64,000 bases of DNA from Leucoraja erinacea (lineage: Eukaryota), in the NCBI RefSeq assembly GCF_028641065.1, contig NC_073415.1, positions 11,904,001 through 11,968,000 of the forward strand, given 5' to 3'. The translations under genes were made by a program, and so were the position numbers. Positions 1-11,378 of this stretch are shown here, piece after piece. Positions within the stretch are counted from its first letter, which is position 1, and each line of letters starts with the position of its first letter. The notes under the pieces were generated by a model, which saw only the letters and a program-made list of their open reading frames with translations, did not search any database and was not told where the DNA came from.

Positions 1-360
1 ATACTGTGACCATCACTATTACACCAGAATATGGTATTGCAATCCCAAGGCCCTCTTATTCACCGGTGAGTACCTCTGATATTGATGGGGGTGAACTAAT
101 AGAAGCATGTTCCAAAATGACTGACCCCCAACCCAGGCTAGAAGTGGTCAGATTAAGCTGGCGTTTGAATACTTACTCAGCAACTTTGGCTGTGGTTTGG
201 AAGAGTCCTTGTCTTTAGCTCCACCTCCCAGTGCCCTGACCCCACCCGTGACCCAACCTCCTTCCCTCCAGATCTGAGAGATTGGAAAGCAGTGTGTGGT
301 TCCTGGGCTCAGAGCGCCTTCCTAAACCAGCAGAATAGTCGCAGCAAGAACCTTCGGACC

Positions 361-457
361 ATGGGGGCAACCTGTGTCTGGAGGCTGAGGCTCTACCCTC
401 TGATGTGGAGTGTGGCAGCCATTCTGAGAGAAACTCCGTCCAACCTGGATGTCAAGA
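361..457 (+). CDS. EPOR: Erythropoietin receptor, coding exon 1 (signal peptide)
   Basis: Strong Kozak ACCATGG at 361; MGATCVWRLRLYPLMWSVAAILRETPSNLDVK + 1 nt; GTGAGT donor at 458; phase 1 fits exon 2 and the human exon 1 ending ...FESK. Confidence 0.75.
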
Positions 458-1137
458 GTGAGTTTGTTATTGTAGATATTAGATCCTTAGCCCATGTTAA
501 GCCTCATGATAAAAACCCTTCTCAAGGGGCCTTGATGTTTGCTGACCATGACACGAATTGTCACTGGTGAAAAAACAAACAGCATTGCTGTTCATTGTTG
601 GGGATGTTGCACAGACAAGAAGGCAGGGTGCTTTAGTTTAAAGAGGGCACCCTGCTGTTTTACTGTGAAACATACCCTGTTTATTTGGGTGATATTGAAC
701 TTGTAACTAGAGTGTCTAACTTTGCACAGTGGCTGATGTCTCTCATGTTTTAGAACATGTGGGAGAGTGTGGTCTGAAGTGATGCCCTTCTCTCTAATTG
801 TTTTGAATTAGTGATCAATACTTTTGGTGGGGGGACTGTGTGGTTAGTTTGTGTTGCTGTTGCTGGAGAAATATTACTTTGTTGTGACTCACACTAAATC
901 CAACTAGGCCATTCGGCCCCCCTCCCCCTGCTAGCTCTTTGATATCGTGGCCAATGTCCATTCCTCAATCGACAAATAACACGGACATCACTCTGCAGTT
1001 TGCTTGCTGCTACCCCAGTCAGAATTACTTCATGAATTGTGGACCACCTGAGGCCCACCTGTAGCCAGACCTCTCTTACAATAAATAGCACAATGGAAAT
1101 ATGGGTCTGGAGACTTTGTTTTAATGAAAATGCTAAT

Positions 1138-1416
1138 GTTTAAGGTGAAGGGGAAAAGATTTAATAGGAACCTGAGGGGTAACATTTCCGCACAGAGGGT
1201 GGTGGGTGTATGGAACAAGCTGCCAGAGGAGGTGGTTGAGGCTGGGACTATCCCAATGTTTAAGAAACAGTTAGACAGGTATATGGATAGGACAGGTTTG
1301 GAGGGCTATGGACCAAACGTGGGCAGGTGGGAATAGTGTAGCTGGGGCATGTTGTTTGGGGTGGGCAAGTTGGGCCGAAGGGCCTGTTTCCACACTGTAT
1401 CACTCTATGACTCCAT
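1138..1416 (+). mobile_element. CR1-like 3' fragment (second subfamily)
   Basis: FKVKGKRFNRNLRGN...QRVVGVWNKLPEEVVEAGTI; same family at 34980-35430, 40680-41080 and 43750-44165. Confidence 0.8.
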
Positions 1417-3133
1417 ACCCTTCCAGCCCTGAAGTATCAGTCCAATGTTCCAGGGATTAAAATTGCTAATGTACCAGCTGAACAAAGTTCCTTTGTTAGA
1501 GGCTGTTGTTTTATTTATTTTCAAGAGGTTTGCTTTTAAATGCTCCCTATTTTTTTTGCAGTTACACCTATGTTAACTCTACATTGCATTTACATAGTCC
1601 CTGAACCATCCAACAAGTTTAATGGTTTTGTCACATGTCAGCAGTACATTTATTAATCATTTAGCATGTAGTTTTGGAGACCAGGATTGCAACATCCTCA
1701 GCTGGACTTGAACCAGAAACCAAATGCAACAATTTGCAAAAACACAAACGCTTGGTTTGCAGAATGTTTTCTCTCTGCTGCAGCAAGATAACGCTATTAA
1801 CTGTAACAAACTGTGAGCTGAGCTTGTTTGTCACAATTACCAGCAGTGATGTTAGCAGTGGGCCTTATCTAACCACACATGTGTCTCCGTTGATGACTGG
1901 GAATGGGCATGGGAGCCTCTGGATAAGGGCTGGCTGACAAGTGTGGACAGCGTTGTAATTCATTGATTTCATGTTTGTGTCTCTGGATGACCTGCTCTCC
2001 ACCTTCCATTCGGAGAGACGCAGAGAGTTGTGGTCCCTGGGACTGCACCCAATGTTCCCCGAATCTGCCTTATCTAGTGTTGTGGATGAGAAAACAAGTC
2101 CAGGTACACAGGAGATACAGGTCCTTGTATAGTGGGGATTCAGAGCATGATTCCAGTGTGGTCAGGCCATTTGGCCCACTATGCCTCGTGCTAGATCTGT
2201 GCCAGAGTAACTTCAGTTCCACCCTATAACAGTAAACAACAACAAACTTGACTTGCGTAAACCTGACTCTGCAAATTTTTAAAGCAGTTCTCAAGATGAT
2301 GACACAATAATAAGATATTAGCGTTGTTTATTGACTAGTACGTGGCGCCTTCATGCCCACGTTGGTGTTTGCAAACTGCCTATCACCACTGACCACTTGC
2401 TCCAGCCCCACATTGAGGTTCAGCCACAAGAGCTCAATAACAACTCCAAGGTCAGGTGCACTAATTGGCCTCATCTGCACAGGGGTTATGATCGGTGAGA
2501 ATGTGGGTAAAAGGGGCTTTCTGTCATGGTCCTATAAGTGGATACAGTATGTACTGTATAGACACAAATGCTGGAGTAACTCAGCGGGACAGGCAGCATC
2601 TCTGGAGAGAAGGAATGGTGACGTTTCAGGTCGAGACCCTTCTTCAGACTGAATTATTGACACGTGTCATGTTACAAACAAGGAATCTCTGACTGAAGGA
2701 GAATTCTTTTAGGAAAGGAACCCTTATGTAGACGGCAAGAAACTTTTTCCCCAGGGTGGAACTGTCAATTATTAATGGACATCGCTTTTAGGGCAAGGTT
2801 TAAAGGAGATATGTGGGGCAAGTGGTTGGGTGGGGGCGTTGAAGAGGCTTTTAGACGGGCACGTGGATATGCAGGAAAATGGATCACGTGCGGGCAGAGG
2901 GGGATAGTATATCTTGGCATCATGTTGGGCACGGACATTGTGGGCTGAAGGGCCTGTTCCTGTGCCGGACTGTTCTGTGTATCCCAATGTCTGCTTGTCA
3001 TTGAAAACAATGGGAGCTGTTCCCTGACACCCAGATTATCCCACCCCCCCCAATCTCAACCTACCCCCCCCCCCCCCCCCCAATCCTCCCACCCGCACTG
3101 TATCTGTAAACTAAACCCAACGTCTCTTGCCAG

Positions 3134-3263
3134 TCCTACAGGTAACAACAGTAGCAGCGGACAAGTTGAAATGCTTCACGCAGACTCTGGAGGACTTCAC
3201 CTGCGTGTGGGACGAGCAGGACAGGAGCGACGGCAGGCAGTACCGCTTCTTCTACCAGTACCA
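3134..3263 (+). CDS. EPOR: EPOR exon 2 (D1, first Cys pair)
   Basis: ttgccag acceptor; LQVTTVAADKLKCFTQTLEDFTCVWDEQDRSDGRQYRFFYQY resembles human LLCFTERLEDLVCFWEE...YSFSYQL; GTAGGT donor, phase 2. Confidence 0.9.
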
Positions 3264-3276
3264 GTAGGTAGTCCGA

Positions 3277-3695
3277 GCCCCTGCCCCAGTCTGGCACCAG
3301 CCCCTGCCCCAGTCTGGCACCAGCCCCTGCCCCAGGGCGATACCAGCCCCTGCCCCAGGGCGACACCAGCCCCTGCCCCAGTCCGGCACCAGCCCCTGCC
3401 CCAGTCTGGCACCAGCCCCTGCCCCAGCCTGGCACCAGCCCCTGCCCCAGTCTGACACCAGCCCCTGCCCCAGGGCGATACCAGATACCCCTGCCCCAGG
3501 GCGATAGCCCCTGCCCCAGCACCAACCCCTGCCCCAGTCTGGCACCAGCCCCTGCCCCAGTCTGGCACCAAGCCTGGCACCAACCCCTGCCCCAGTCTGG
3601 CAGCCCCTGCCCCAGTCTGGCACAAGCCCTGCCCCAGTCTGGCACCAACCCCTGCCCCAGTCTGGCACCAGCCCCTGCCCCAGGGCGATACCAGC
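3277..3695. repeat. ~23-bp minisatellite (GCCCCTGCCCCAGTCTGGCACCA) at the start of EPOR intron 2
   Basis: Direct reading; explains the repetitive ORFs at 3136-3724. Confidence 0.95.
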
Positions 3696-4338
3696 GTGCC
3701 TCTGAGTGACTGACACCCTCTCACACCAGGGCAGGGCAGCCGATGGCTTGACCAGCAGGCACTCTCAGACTCACCTGTAGCATTGACCAGTTTGGGGATG
3801 GATCAGTGTGGATAATAAAGGCTGGCATTGGCAGCAATCTCCGCAACTGGTGAAAGTATAAAAGCTGCTCCAGAACCTCTCGTGGCATAGACACATAGAA
3901 AATAGGTGCAGGAGTAGGCCATTCGGCCCTTCCAGCCAACACTGCCATTCAATATGATCATGGCTGATAACCCAAAATCAGTACCCTATTCCTGCTTACA
4001 TAGCTAACTCTTGAATATACCCAGTGAATTGGCCTACACTGCCTTTTGTGGCAGAGAATTCCACAGATTTACAACTCTCTGGGTGAAAAAGGTTTTCCAC
4101 ACCTTAGTCCTAAATGGCCGACCCTTTATTCTTAGACTGAGCAATGCTAAACCAAAGAATTGGGGTCCACTAGAATCTTCCAGACTGACAGAACTGAGTG
4201 GGCGGAAGTTAAAGCATTTTTATATCCACCTGATGTCTCTGTGAATTAGCAGCACAGAAAGAGGCCATTCGGCCCATCGTATACTTGCCCCTGCCCTCGT
4301 TTCTCAGCTGTTCTCTGATACGTTTCTTGTTACCACAG

Positions 4339-4517
4339 GGACGGCGAAACAAAGAAAGAATGTCGACTGTCGGTGGAGACACTCGGTGGCAACACCACTC
4401 GTCACATCTGCTCTCTGCCCTTAGTGGAGGTGTCTCTGTTTGCCCCGCTGGACATCGAGGTGTTGCTGAACACCAGCATCATCATGAGCAAGAGGGACTT
4501 GTACATAAACCACATGG
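4339..4517 (+). CDS. EPOR: EPOR exon 3 (D1, second Cys pair)
   Basis: ccacag acceptor; DGETKKECRLSVETLGGNTTRHICSLPLVEVSLFAPLDIEV...LYINHM; GTAGGT donor. Confidence 0.92.
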
Positions 4518-5601
4518 GTAGGTCCATCCTTGACCATCTGCCCAATCCCTGGGGTCACTTGGTTCACGTCTAGTCCACTTGAGATCTATTCAGTTGGCCT
4601 GTAGTCCACAACCTATCAAAGCTTCATGGCCCAAGTGACAAACATCACAATGTCCAGAATCATTCTATAAATGCTGTTGGGAAAACCAGGCCATTCGGCC
4701 CATTGAATCCATACTGTTAGACTATCAGACGTATTCCCTTTGTCCCACCTTTCTCCAAACCTCTCTGCAACCTAAAACTAAGCTGTTTTCCCACTTTCAA
4801 AGTTGGATGAGGGATCTTTTGACGTGAACTCTATTTCTCTCCCCACAGACGCTGCCTTACCTGCTCAGTGTCTCCAGCAGTTTTTGTTTCAGATTGCCAA
4901 TATTTTGATTTCCAAAAAGGGACAATTGTGTGCCCCACCCACTCACCCTCTCTCTGTGACCCTGTAATTATTTCCCTCCCTTCAGACACATCCCACATGC
5001 TCTTCAATGCTACCTGAGATAGACATAAAATGCTGGACTAACTCAGCAGGACGTCACCCATTCCTTCTCCCCAGAGACGCTGCCTGTCCCGCTGAGCTAC
5101 TCCAGCGTTTTGTATCTATCTTCGGTTTAAACCAGCATCTGCAGTTCCTTCCTACACAATTGTATCTTCCTTCACAATTGGCCAAAGTCCCAAAACGGAA
5201 TACATACTTGTGGCAGCACAACAGAAAGGAAAACACCGTACTCTAGACACTAATGGTTCAATATATAAAAACAAACGATACAGTATAAAGCCAAAACCAA
5301 TGGCCTCCAAGTCCCTGGTGCAATCTTTGCAGTTTGTAGTTGGAAATGTATTTCTGGTGTTGAATAACTTGATGGTTGTCAGGAAGAAACTGTTCCTGAA
5401 CCTGAAGGTTAGTTTTCAGGCTCCTGCTCCTTCTTCCCGATGGCAGGAGTGAAATGAGAGTGTGGCCAGGGTGGTTTGGGATATGGGCTGAACATGGGCA
5501 GGTGGGACTGGTGTAGATGGGGCATCTTGTTGGGCATTGGGTTGAAGGGGCTGTGTCCGAGCTGTGTGGCTCTGTATCTAACTGTGACTTCTCCTCATCA
5601 G

Positions 5602-5753
5602 TGGTGTTGGACCCTCTGACCAATGTGACAGTACGGCCAACTGGGAAAGCTGGTCAGCTTCATATCCGCTGGTCACCGCCTCCCTTTAAATACCTGGGAA
5701 ACTCCTTGATGTACGAGGTCAACTTCTCCATGGTCAGCTCCAGTGTGCAGAAG
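5602..5753 (+). CDS. EPOR: EPOR exon 4 (D2 start)
   Basis: catcag acceptor; VVLDPLTNVTVRPTGKAGQLHIRWSPPP...MYEVNFSMVSSSVQK; GTACTG donor. Confidence 0.93.
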
Positions 5754-5774
5754 GTACTGGTCGCAGTCTGCCCG

Positions 5775-6345
5775 TGTCCACTCCCTGCGTCCACTCCCTG
5801 CGTCCACTCACTCCGTCCACTCCCTGTGGCCACTCGCTCCGTCCACTCCCTGTGTCCACTCCCTGCGTCCACTCCCTGCGTCCACTCACTCCGTCCACTC
5901 CCTGTGGCCACTCATTCCGTCCACTCCCTGTGGCCACTCGCTCCGTCCACTCACTCCGTCCACTCCCTCCGTCCACTCCCTCCGTCCACTCCCTGTGGCC
6001 ACTCACTCCGTCCACTCCCTGCGTCCACTCACTCCGTCCACTCTCTGCGTCCACTCACTCCGTCCACTCCTTGCGTCCACTCACTCCGTCCACTCCCTGC
6101 GTCCACTCACTCCGTCCACTCCCTGTGGCCACTCACTCCGTCCACTCCCTGCGTCCACTCACTCCGTCCACTCACTCCGTCCACTCCCTGCGTCCACTCA
6201 CTCCGTCCACTCCCTGCGTCCACTCACTCCGTCCACTCACTCCGTCCACTCCCTGTGGCCACTCATTCCGTCCACTCCCTGCGTCCACTCCCTGTGGCCA
6301 CTCATTCCGTCCACTCCCTGTGGCCACTCATTCCGTCCACTCATT
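5775..6345. repeat. ~13-bp minisatellite (TCCACTCCCTGCG / TCCACTCACTCCG variants) at the start of EPOR intron 4
   Basis: Direct reading. Confidence 0.95.
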
Positions 6346-6816
6346 TCATCGGACCACAGTGAGAGGTGGACATTGCAAATTATCAACACAGAGGGCTGTG
6401 GAGGCCATAAGTCAGTGGATATTTTTAAGGCAGTGATAGATAGATTCTTGATTAGTGCGGGTGTCAGGGGTTATGGGGAGAAGGCAGGAGAATGGGGTTA
6501 GGAGGGAGAGATAGATCAGGTATGATTGAATGGTGGAGTAGGCGATGGGCAGAAAGGTCTAATTCTGTTCCTATCATTTATGAACATGAAAATTAAGGCA
6601 GCGTAGGTTGATGGAGGAAGTGGGACATCATCTGTGATGCACCTGGGACCAGGTGGGTTGATGGAGGAGGTGGTACCTGGGACTAGCGTCACACCTGTCT
6701 GGGTCCCGCTGTGTGGTGAATATGTAAATCCACACCTGATGCAGGAGGGAGGTCTCTTGAACTCTTGTGCAGGTGGCCGTGGAGGAACAGGTATCAGTAA
6801 CGTCTCTCCTCTGTAG

Positions 6817-6970
6817 GTGGAAACGGTCAAAGGGAAGACGGAGTGCACCATTGTGAAGCTGAAGCCCCACACCAAGTATGTGGTCAGTATCCGGGCAAAG
6901 CCAGATGGAGTGTCCATGGACGGATACTGGACGTCCTGGTCCAAGCCAGTGTCTGCCTTCACTGATTCAG
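6817..6970 (+). CDS. EPOR: EPOR exon 5 (D2 end, WSXWS-like WTSWS)
   Basis: ctgtag acceptor; VETVKGKTECTIVKLKPHTKYVVSIRAKPDGVSMDGYWTSWSKPVSAFTDS; GTACTG donor. Confidence 0.93.
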
Positions 6971-7202
6971 GTACTGCTCTCAGCCACCTCACCTGGTGAT
7001 CTACTGCTCAGCACCACATGGCTTTCCCAGCAAACTTCTTCATGAAGGAGACACAGACCTGTCCTGTTTCTTGCCCAGAAAGGGGGAGCAGGGAGGGGGG
7101 AGCAGAGGGGGGAAGGGGGCAGAGGGGGGGAAGGAGGAAGGGGGGCAGAGGGGGACTCTGACACTAACTCTAACTCTAACACTGTGTGTTGCTGCCTTGT
7201 AG

Positions 7203-7290
7203 ATCTGGACCCGCTGATCATCAGTCTGACCACCGTGCTCATCCTGATCATTGCCCTGCTGCTGCTGACGGTTCTCCTCTCCCACCGCAG
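7203..7290 (+). CDS. EPOR: EPOR exon 6 (transmembrane helix)
   Basis: DLDPLIISLTTVLILIIALLLLTVLLSHRR, close to human DLDPLILTLSLILVVILVLLTVLALLSHRR; 88 nt. Confidence 0.95.
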
Positions 7291-7660
7291 GTACACTTGT
7301 CCTTGCCAGGTACACCCCACCTCCACAGGTACACCCACCTCCACAGGTACACTTGTCCTTGCCAGGTACACCCCACCTCCACAGGTACACCCTTGCTCCG
7401 CAGGTACATCCACCTCCACAGGTACACTTGTCCTTGCCAGGTACACCCCACCTCCACAGGTACAATCCTCCTCCACAGGTACACCCCTCCCACGCAGGTA
7501 CCCACCTGCCCCACCAGGTGTACCCCTCTCACTGCAGATACACACCTGCCCCACCAGGTACACCTCTCCCACCACAGGTACACCCCTCCCACTGCAATTA
7601 CACCCCTGCCCGGCAAGTACACCTGTCCAACACAGATACACCTCTCCCATCGCAGGTATT
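7288..7660. repeat. ~19-bp minisatellite built around CAGGTACAC at the start of EPOR intron 6
   Basis: 14 CAGGTAC copies including the true donor. Confidence 0.9.
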
Positions 7661-7938
7661 AACCAGCAACTGCAGTTCTTTATTTCTACGCACCAGAGAT
7701 GAAGGGGAAGGATGAAATCCTTCCTTGCTGCAGCTTCACTGGTATATTACCACAACAACTATAACCACACGACACATTGAGGGGTATTCCGAGTGAACCA
7801 GACCATGAGGTGCATGACCCCAGTACATCGCGCTACATTGGAGAGCCAAGTCCAAGGTGGTTCTAACTACAGAAACCTGGGTGGGAAATGCAAGGTTTAT
7901 CTTGGTTCAGCGCTGAACTAAATCCTTGTCATTCACAG

Positions 7939-8026
7939 GACGATAAAAGAAGTCTTCTGGCCACGGATCCCCTCCCCGGACAACATGTTTGACGGCCTGT
8001 TCACCGTGTACCAAGGAAACTTTCAG
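7939..8026 (+). CDS. EPOR: EPOR exon 7 (Box1, JAK2 binding)
   Basis: TIKEVFWPRIPSPDNMFDGLFTVYQGNFQ versus human [29 protein letters not shown]; cacag acceptor, GTAAAT donor. Confidence 0.95.
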
Positions 8027-8335
8027 GTAAATACTTCTCATTCTCCTCCGTCCACCACCTGTGGAGGCCAAGTCAGTGGGTATATTTAAAACAGTGATTG
8101 AAGGATTCCCGATTTGACGGGTGTCAGAGGTTATACGGAGAAGGCAGGAGAATGGGGTTAGGAGGGAGAGATAGATCAACCATGATTGAATGGCGGAGTA
8201 GACTTGATGGGCCGAATGGCCTAATTTATGGCTTTTTCCACTCTCTCTCGTGATTGTCTGCCCCGTTGTCACCTTCCCCTCAGCCAACAATGAAGCGTAG
8301 AACACATTCCTTTTCTCCAGAGTTGCTGCTGGTCG

Positions 8336-8670
8336 CACTGAGTTACTCCAGCATTGTGTCTCTCTTCACTGAGTTACTCCAGCATGTGTCTCTCTTCACT
8401 GAGTTACTCCAGCATTTGTGTCTCTCTTCACTGAGTTACTCCAGCATTGTGTCTCTCTTCACTGAATTACTCCAGCATTGTGTCCATCTTCACTGAGTTA
8501 CTCCAGCATTGTGTCTCTCTTCACTGAGTTACTCCAGCATTGTGTCTCTCTTCACTGAGTTACTCCAGCATTGTGTCCATCTTCACTGAGTTACTCCAGC
8601 ACATGTGTCCATCTTCACTGAGTTACTCCAGCATTTGTGTCCATCTTCACTGAGTTACTCCAGCATTTGG
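8336..8670. repeat. ~31-bp tandem array (CACTGAGTTACTCCAGCATTGTGTCTCTCTT) derived from the fold-back element arm
   Basis: Unit matches the CTGAGTTACTCCAGCATTTTGTGTCTATCTT segment of the dispersed element. Confidence 0.9.
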
Positions 8671-8746
8671 TGTCTATCATTTCCAGTGTGCTAACTGCAC
8701 CATGTCCACTTTCCCTGTGAGTGACTGCACTGTTTCCTCTCTGCAG

Positions 8747-9514
8747 GAGTGGCTTGGCCAGAAAACCGTGCAGGTCTGGTGGAACCAGCAGTTCTTCAGC
8801 ACCGATGACGCTTCCATGGCCCTGGAGGTGTTGTCCGAGATCAAGACTTTTCCGCCACGCTTGGCCTGGGGCAAACGTCACGACATCTTCCACGATGATC
8901 GCACCTTCCTGCTGTGTGAGTCTGAAGCCTTCAAGTTGCAGCATCAGTGGGGACCAATGGATGGGAGTAAGACCCCAGACCCCCTGGTGTCAACAGCCAA
9001 CAGCAGGGCAGCCTATGTAGTCCTGAACCAGAACCAGGTGCCCAGTGACCACGGGCTTCCTGAGGCCCGTAGCCCCAGTCAGGGCAGCAGCGACGTGTCA
9101 GAGGAGGAGATGCCACTACAGTTGTTGTTCATGAATCCTGGCACAAAGCGTCGTAGGGAGCCCATCCCTGAGGAGGGGGAGGGAATCTCCCTGCAACACC
9201 CCTCCCTCTCCCTACAGTCCTCACAGTCCAGTGGAATTGGCCGGGAGAGTCCAGACTCCTGTGCAACGTTCGACTATGCCAAGTGTGATCCCACTGGGCG
9301 TCTCCTGTACCCCAATCCCACGGAGGGAGTTTTGGGGAACACAAACCACCCTTATCTCCTCATGCTGGACTCGGGAGTCTCTGCTGATTTCAGCATCAAT
9401 TACTTCCCATCAGATATCAGTAAGTCAGATGCTGACATTTACACCAATCTCTGTAAAAGAGAAGATGTCCGTGAGAATATCCTTGCCCCAAATGTCCTCC
9501 ATGTCCAGGCCTGA
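8747..9514 (+). CDS. EPOR: EPOR exon 8 (cytoplasmic tail) to stop codon
   Basis: ctgcag acceptor; Box2 LEVLSE, YVVL, FDYAKCDP, YLLMLDSGVSADFS; TGA 9512-9514; exons 1-8 sum to 1656 nt = 551 aa + stop. Confidence 0.93.
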   Translation, partial: EWLGQKTVQVWWNQQFFSTDDASMALEVLSEIKTFPPRLAWGKRHDIFHDDRTFLLCESEAFKLQHQWGPMDGSKTPDPLVSTANSRAAYVVLNQNQVPSDHGLPEARSPSQGSSDVSEEEMPLQLLFMNPGTKRRREPIPEEGEGISLQHPSLSLQSSQSSGIGRESPDSCATFDYAKCDPTGRLLYPNPTEGVLGNTNHPYLLMLDSGVSADFSINYFPSDISKSDADIYTNLCKREDVRENILAPNVLHVQA

Positions 9515-10613
9515 GTGGCAGCAGACCATGCTAGAGAGAACTAGCCCACAGTGGGGCAAGACAGAGCTGAACTCCATCTATTGTTGGCCCAGAAGGTGGA
9601 CAGGGCACACAGGTGGCCCCACCTGCTACCTGGGGACTCTACAGGTGAAGCGGCCAACTCACCTTGACGTCCAGGGTTGATAGACCCATGCAACACACAC
9701 AGGGACAGCTGCAACATTGGGCCACAGAGGGACTTCCACACAGAACCAGCTTCTTCCCAAAACAACACCCAGAAAACAGTCTGCTCAGCATGAGTTCATG
9801 CAGTAAGGTGCAGAGGAGGGAGAGATGGAGAGTTATGGTCCACCATGAGTGTGGCCTCACGATCAACCGGACAGTGAGAGATGGACAATTATACCTGCAG
9901 GACGGACATGATGAGGAGATGGTGGGACACGCAGACAAGGTTCCTTGCTGGGGAAACCACATTCAGGACCAATCCCAAGGATGTTGGCAGTGGTTCAGTG
10001 ACTCAGTGGGAGCCCACAGTGCTAACTCTGCCTTGGTTGCGAGCGCTTGCCTCTCAGTGAGGTCTGAGGGTCAGGGTGAGGTCTCCACACCCTCTCTGGA
10101 GATAGACCATCCCGAGCACACTGCACTGTGGGTCACCTGCACTGAGACACTGATACACTTGGGGAAACTAGCTCCTTGCCCAACTGGCTCAGCAACAAAC
10201 AGCACAACCAACTTCTGCATTCCAGAGCTAAACCTCATGTTCACAGGGTGATAGGAGCAGAATCAGACCATTCAGCCCATCGAGTCTACATTCAATCCTG
10301 GCCGATCTATTTCCTTCTCAACCCCATTCTCCTGCCTTCTGGAGAAAAGAAGCAAACTGGAGGAACTCAGCAGTTCAAACCTGGGACAGAGACGTGTAAT
10401 ATCCATGTGAGCTTGCCATCGCTCCACAGATGGTAACAAAAGGCATCAACAACAAACCATCAGCAAGAAACTATCATGAATGAGAGCAGAGTTTTACAAA
10501 ACTGCTGTCAGTCAGTCTAGCAGCAGATGTTTGGTGAGAGACTGCTCACTATTTAAACAACTGTTTCCATTTGTTAGTCCAAAATCATTTGGTTCGATGA
10601 GCACATTACTGTA

Positions 10614-10736
10614 AATAAAACTGATTTATAGAAGTATTTTCTTAAAAAACATATTTTATTATAAACTTTATGATGTAAATGTTTTTATTCAACTATTACC
10701 TGATCCTTATTTTGTAGATTTGTTTATATAAATAAA
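10614..10736 (+). terminator. Candidate EPOR polyadenylation signals
   Basis: AATAAA at 10614-10619 and 10731-10736 in an AU-rich stretch ~1.1-1.2 kb after the stop. Confidence 0.6.
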
Positions 10737-11203
10737 CCTGAAATTGATTTATTTTGAATCTTTGCACTTATTTAAATCCATAAAATATGTTTGCATCATT
10801 TTAAAAACAGTGAGGGGCAGTTCTGAGGCTGAGGTTTGTACAGAGAGAAGGTGGACATGCTGTGAACTCGCAGAGTCCATGTACAGGCCACAGCAGTGAG
10901 GCAAAATAATATACTGGCCAGAATGTAGACGCAGGGAACTGCAGGTGCTGGTTTACAAAGCAAAGGCACAAAGTGCTGGAGTACCTCAGCGGGGCAGGCA
11001 GCATCTCTGGGGAACGTGGATAGGTGACGTTTCAAGTCTGAACTTAGGGAGTTAGATGTGACCCTTATGGCTAAAGGGATCAGGGGGTATGGAGAGAAGG
11101 CAGGTATGGGATACTGAGTTGGATGATCAGCCATGATCATATTGAATCTTTGTGCAGGCTCGAAGAGCTGAATGGCCTACTCCTGCACCTATTTTCTATG
11201 TTT

Positions 11204-11378
11204 CTATGATCCCGACCTGAAACGTTACCTATCCATGTTCTCCAGAGATGCTGCCTGACCCGCTGAGTTACTCCAGCACTCTGAAACGTTACCTATCCAT
11301 GTTCTCCACAGATGCTGCCTGACCCGCTGAGTTACTCCAGCACTCTGTGAAACGTTACCTATCCATGTTCTCCACAGA
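11204..11378. repeat. ~62-64-bp tandem array from the fold-back element arm
   Basis: CTGAAACGTTACCTATCCATGTTCTCCACAGATGCTGCCTGACCCGCTGAGTTACTCCAGCACT, ~3 units. Confidence 0.9.

Noticed and set aside
3136-3724. Gly/Trp-rich ORFs on both strands
   Set aside because: Translations of the 23-bp minisatellite in intron 2
8336-8670. CRISPR-like array of ~31-bp repeats (also the 64-bp arrays)
   Set aside because: No unique spacers, no cas genes, eukaryotic context; the units derive from a dispersed repeat
361-9514. Thrombopoietin receptor (MPL) or another class I cytokine receptor
   Set aside because: Only one cytokine-receptor module and 8 exons with EPOR-like sizes; the DLDPLI..SHRR TM exon, GNFQ and DSG motifs, and linkage to SWSAP1 all point to EPOR
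9664-10251. 195-aa + strand ORF after the EPOR stop
   Set aside because: Lies in the likely 3' UTR, has a non-ATG start and no recognisable domain
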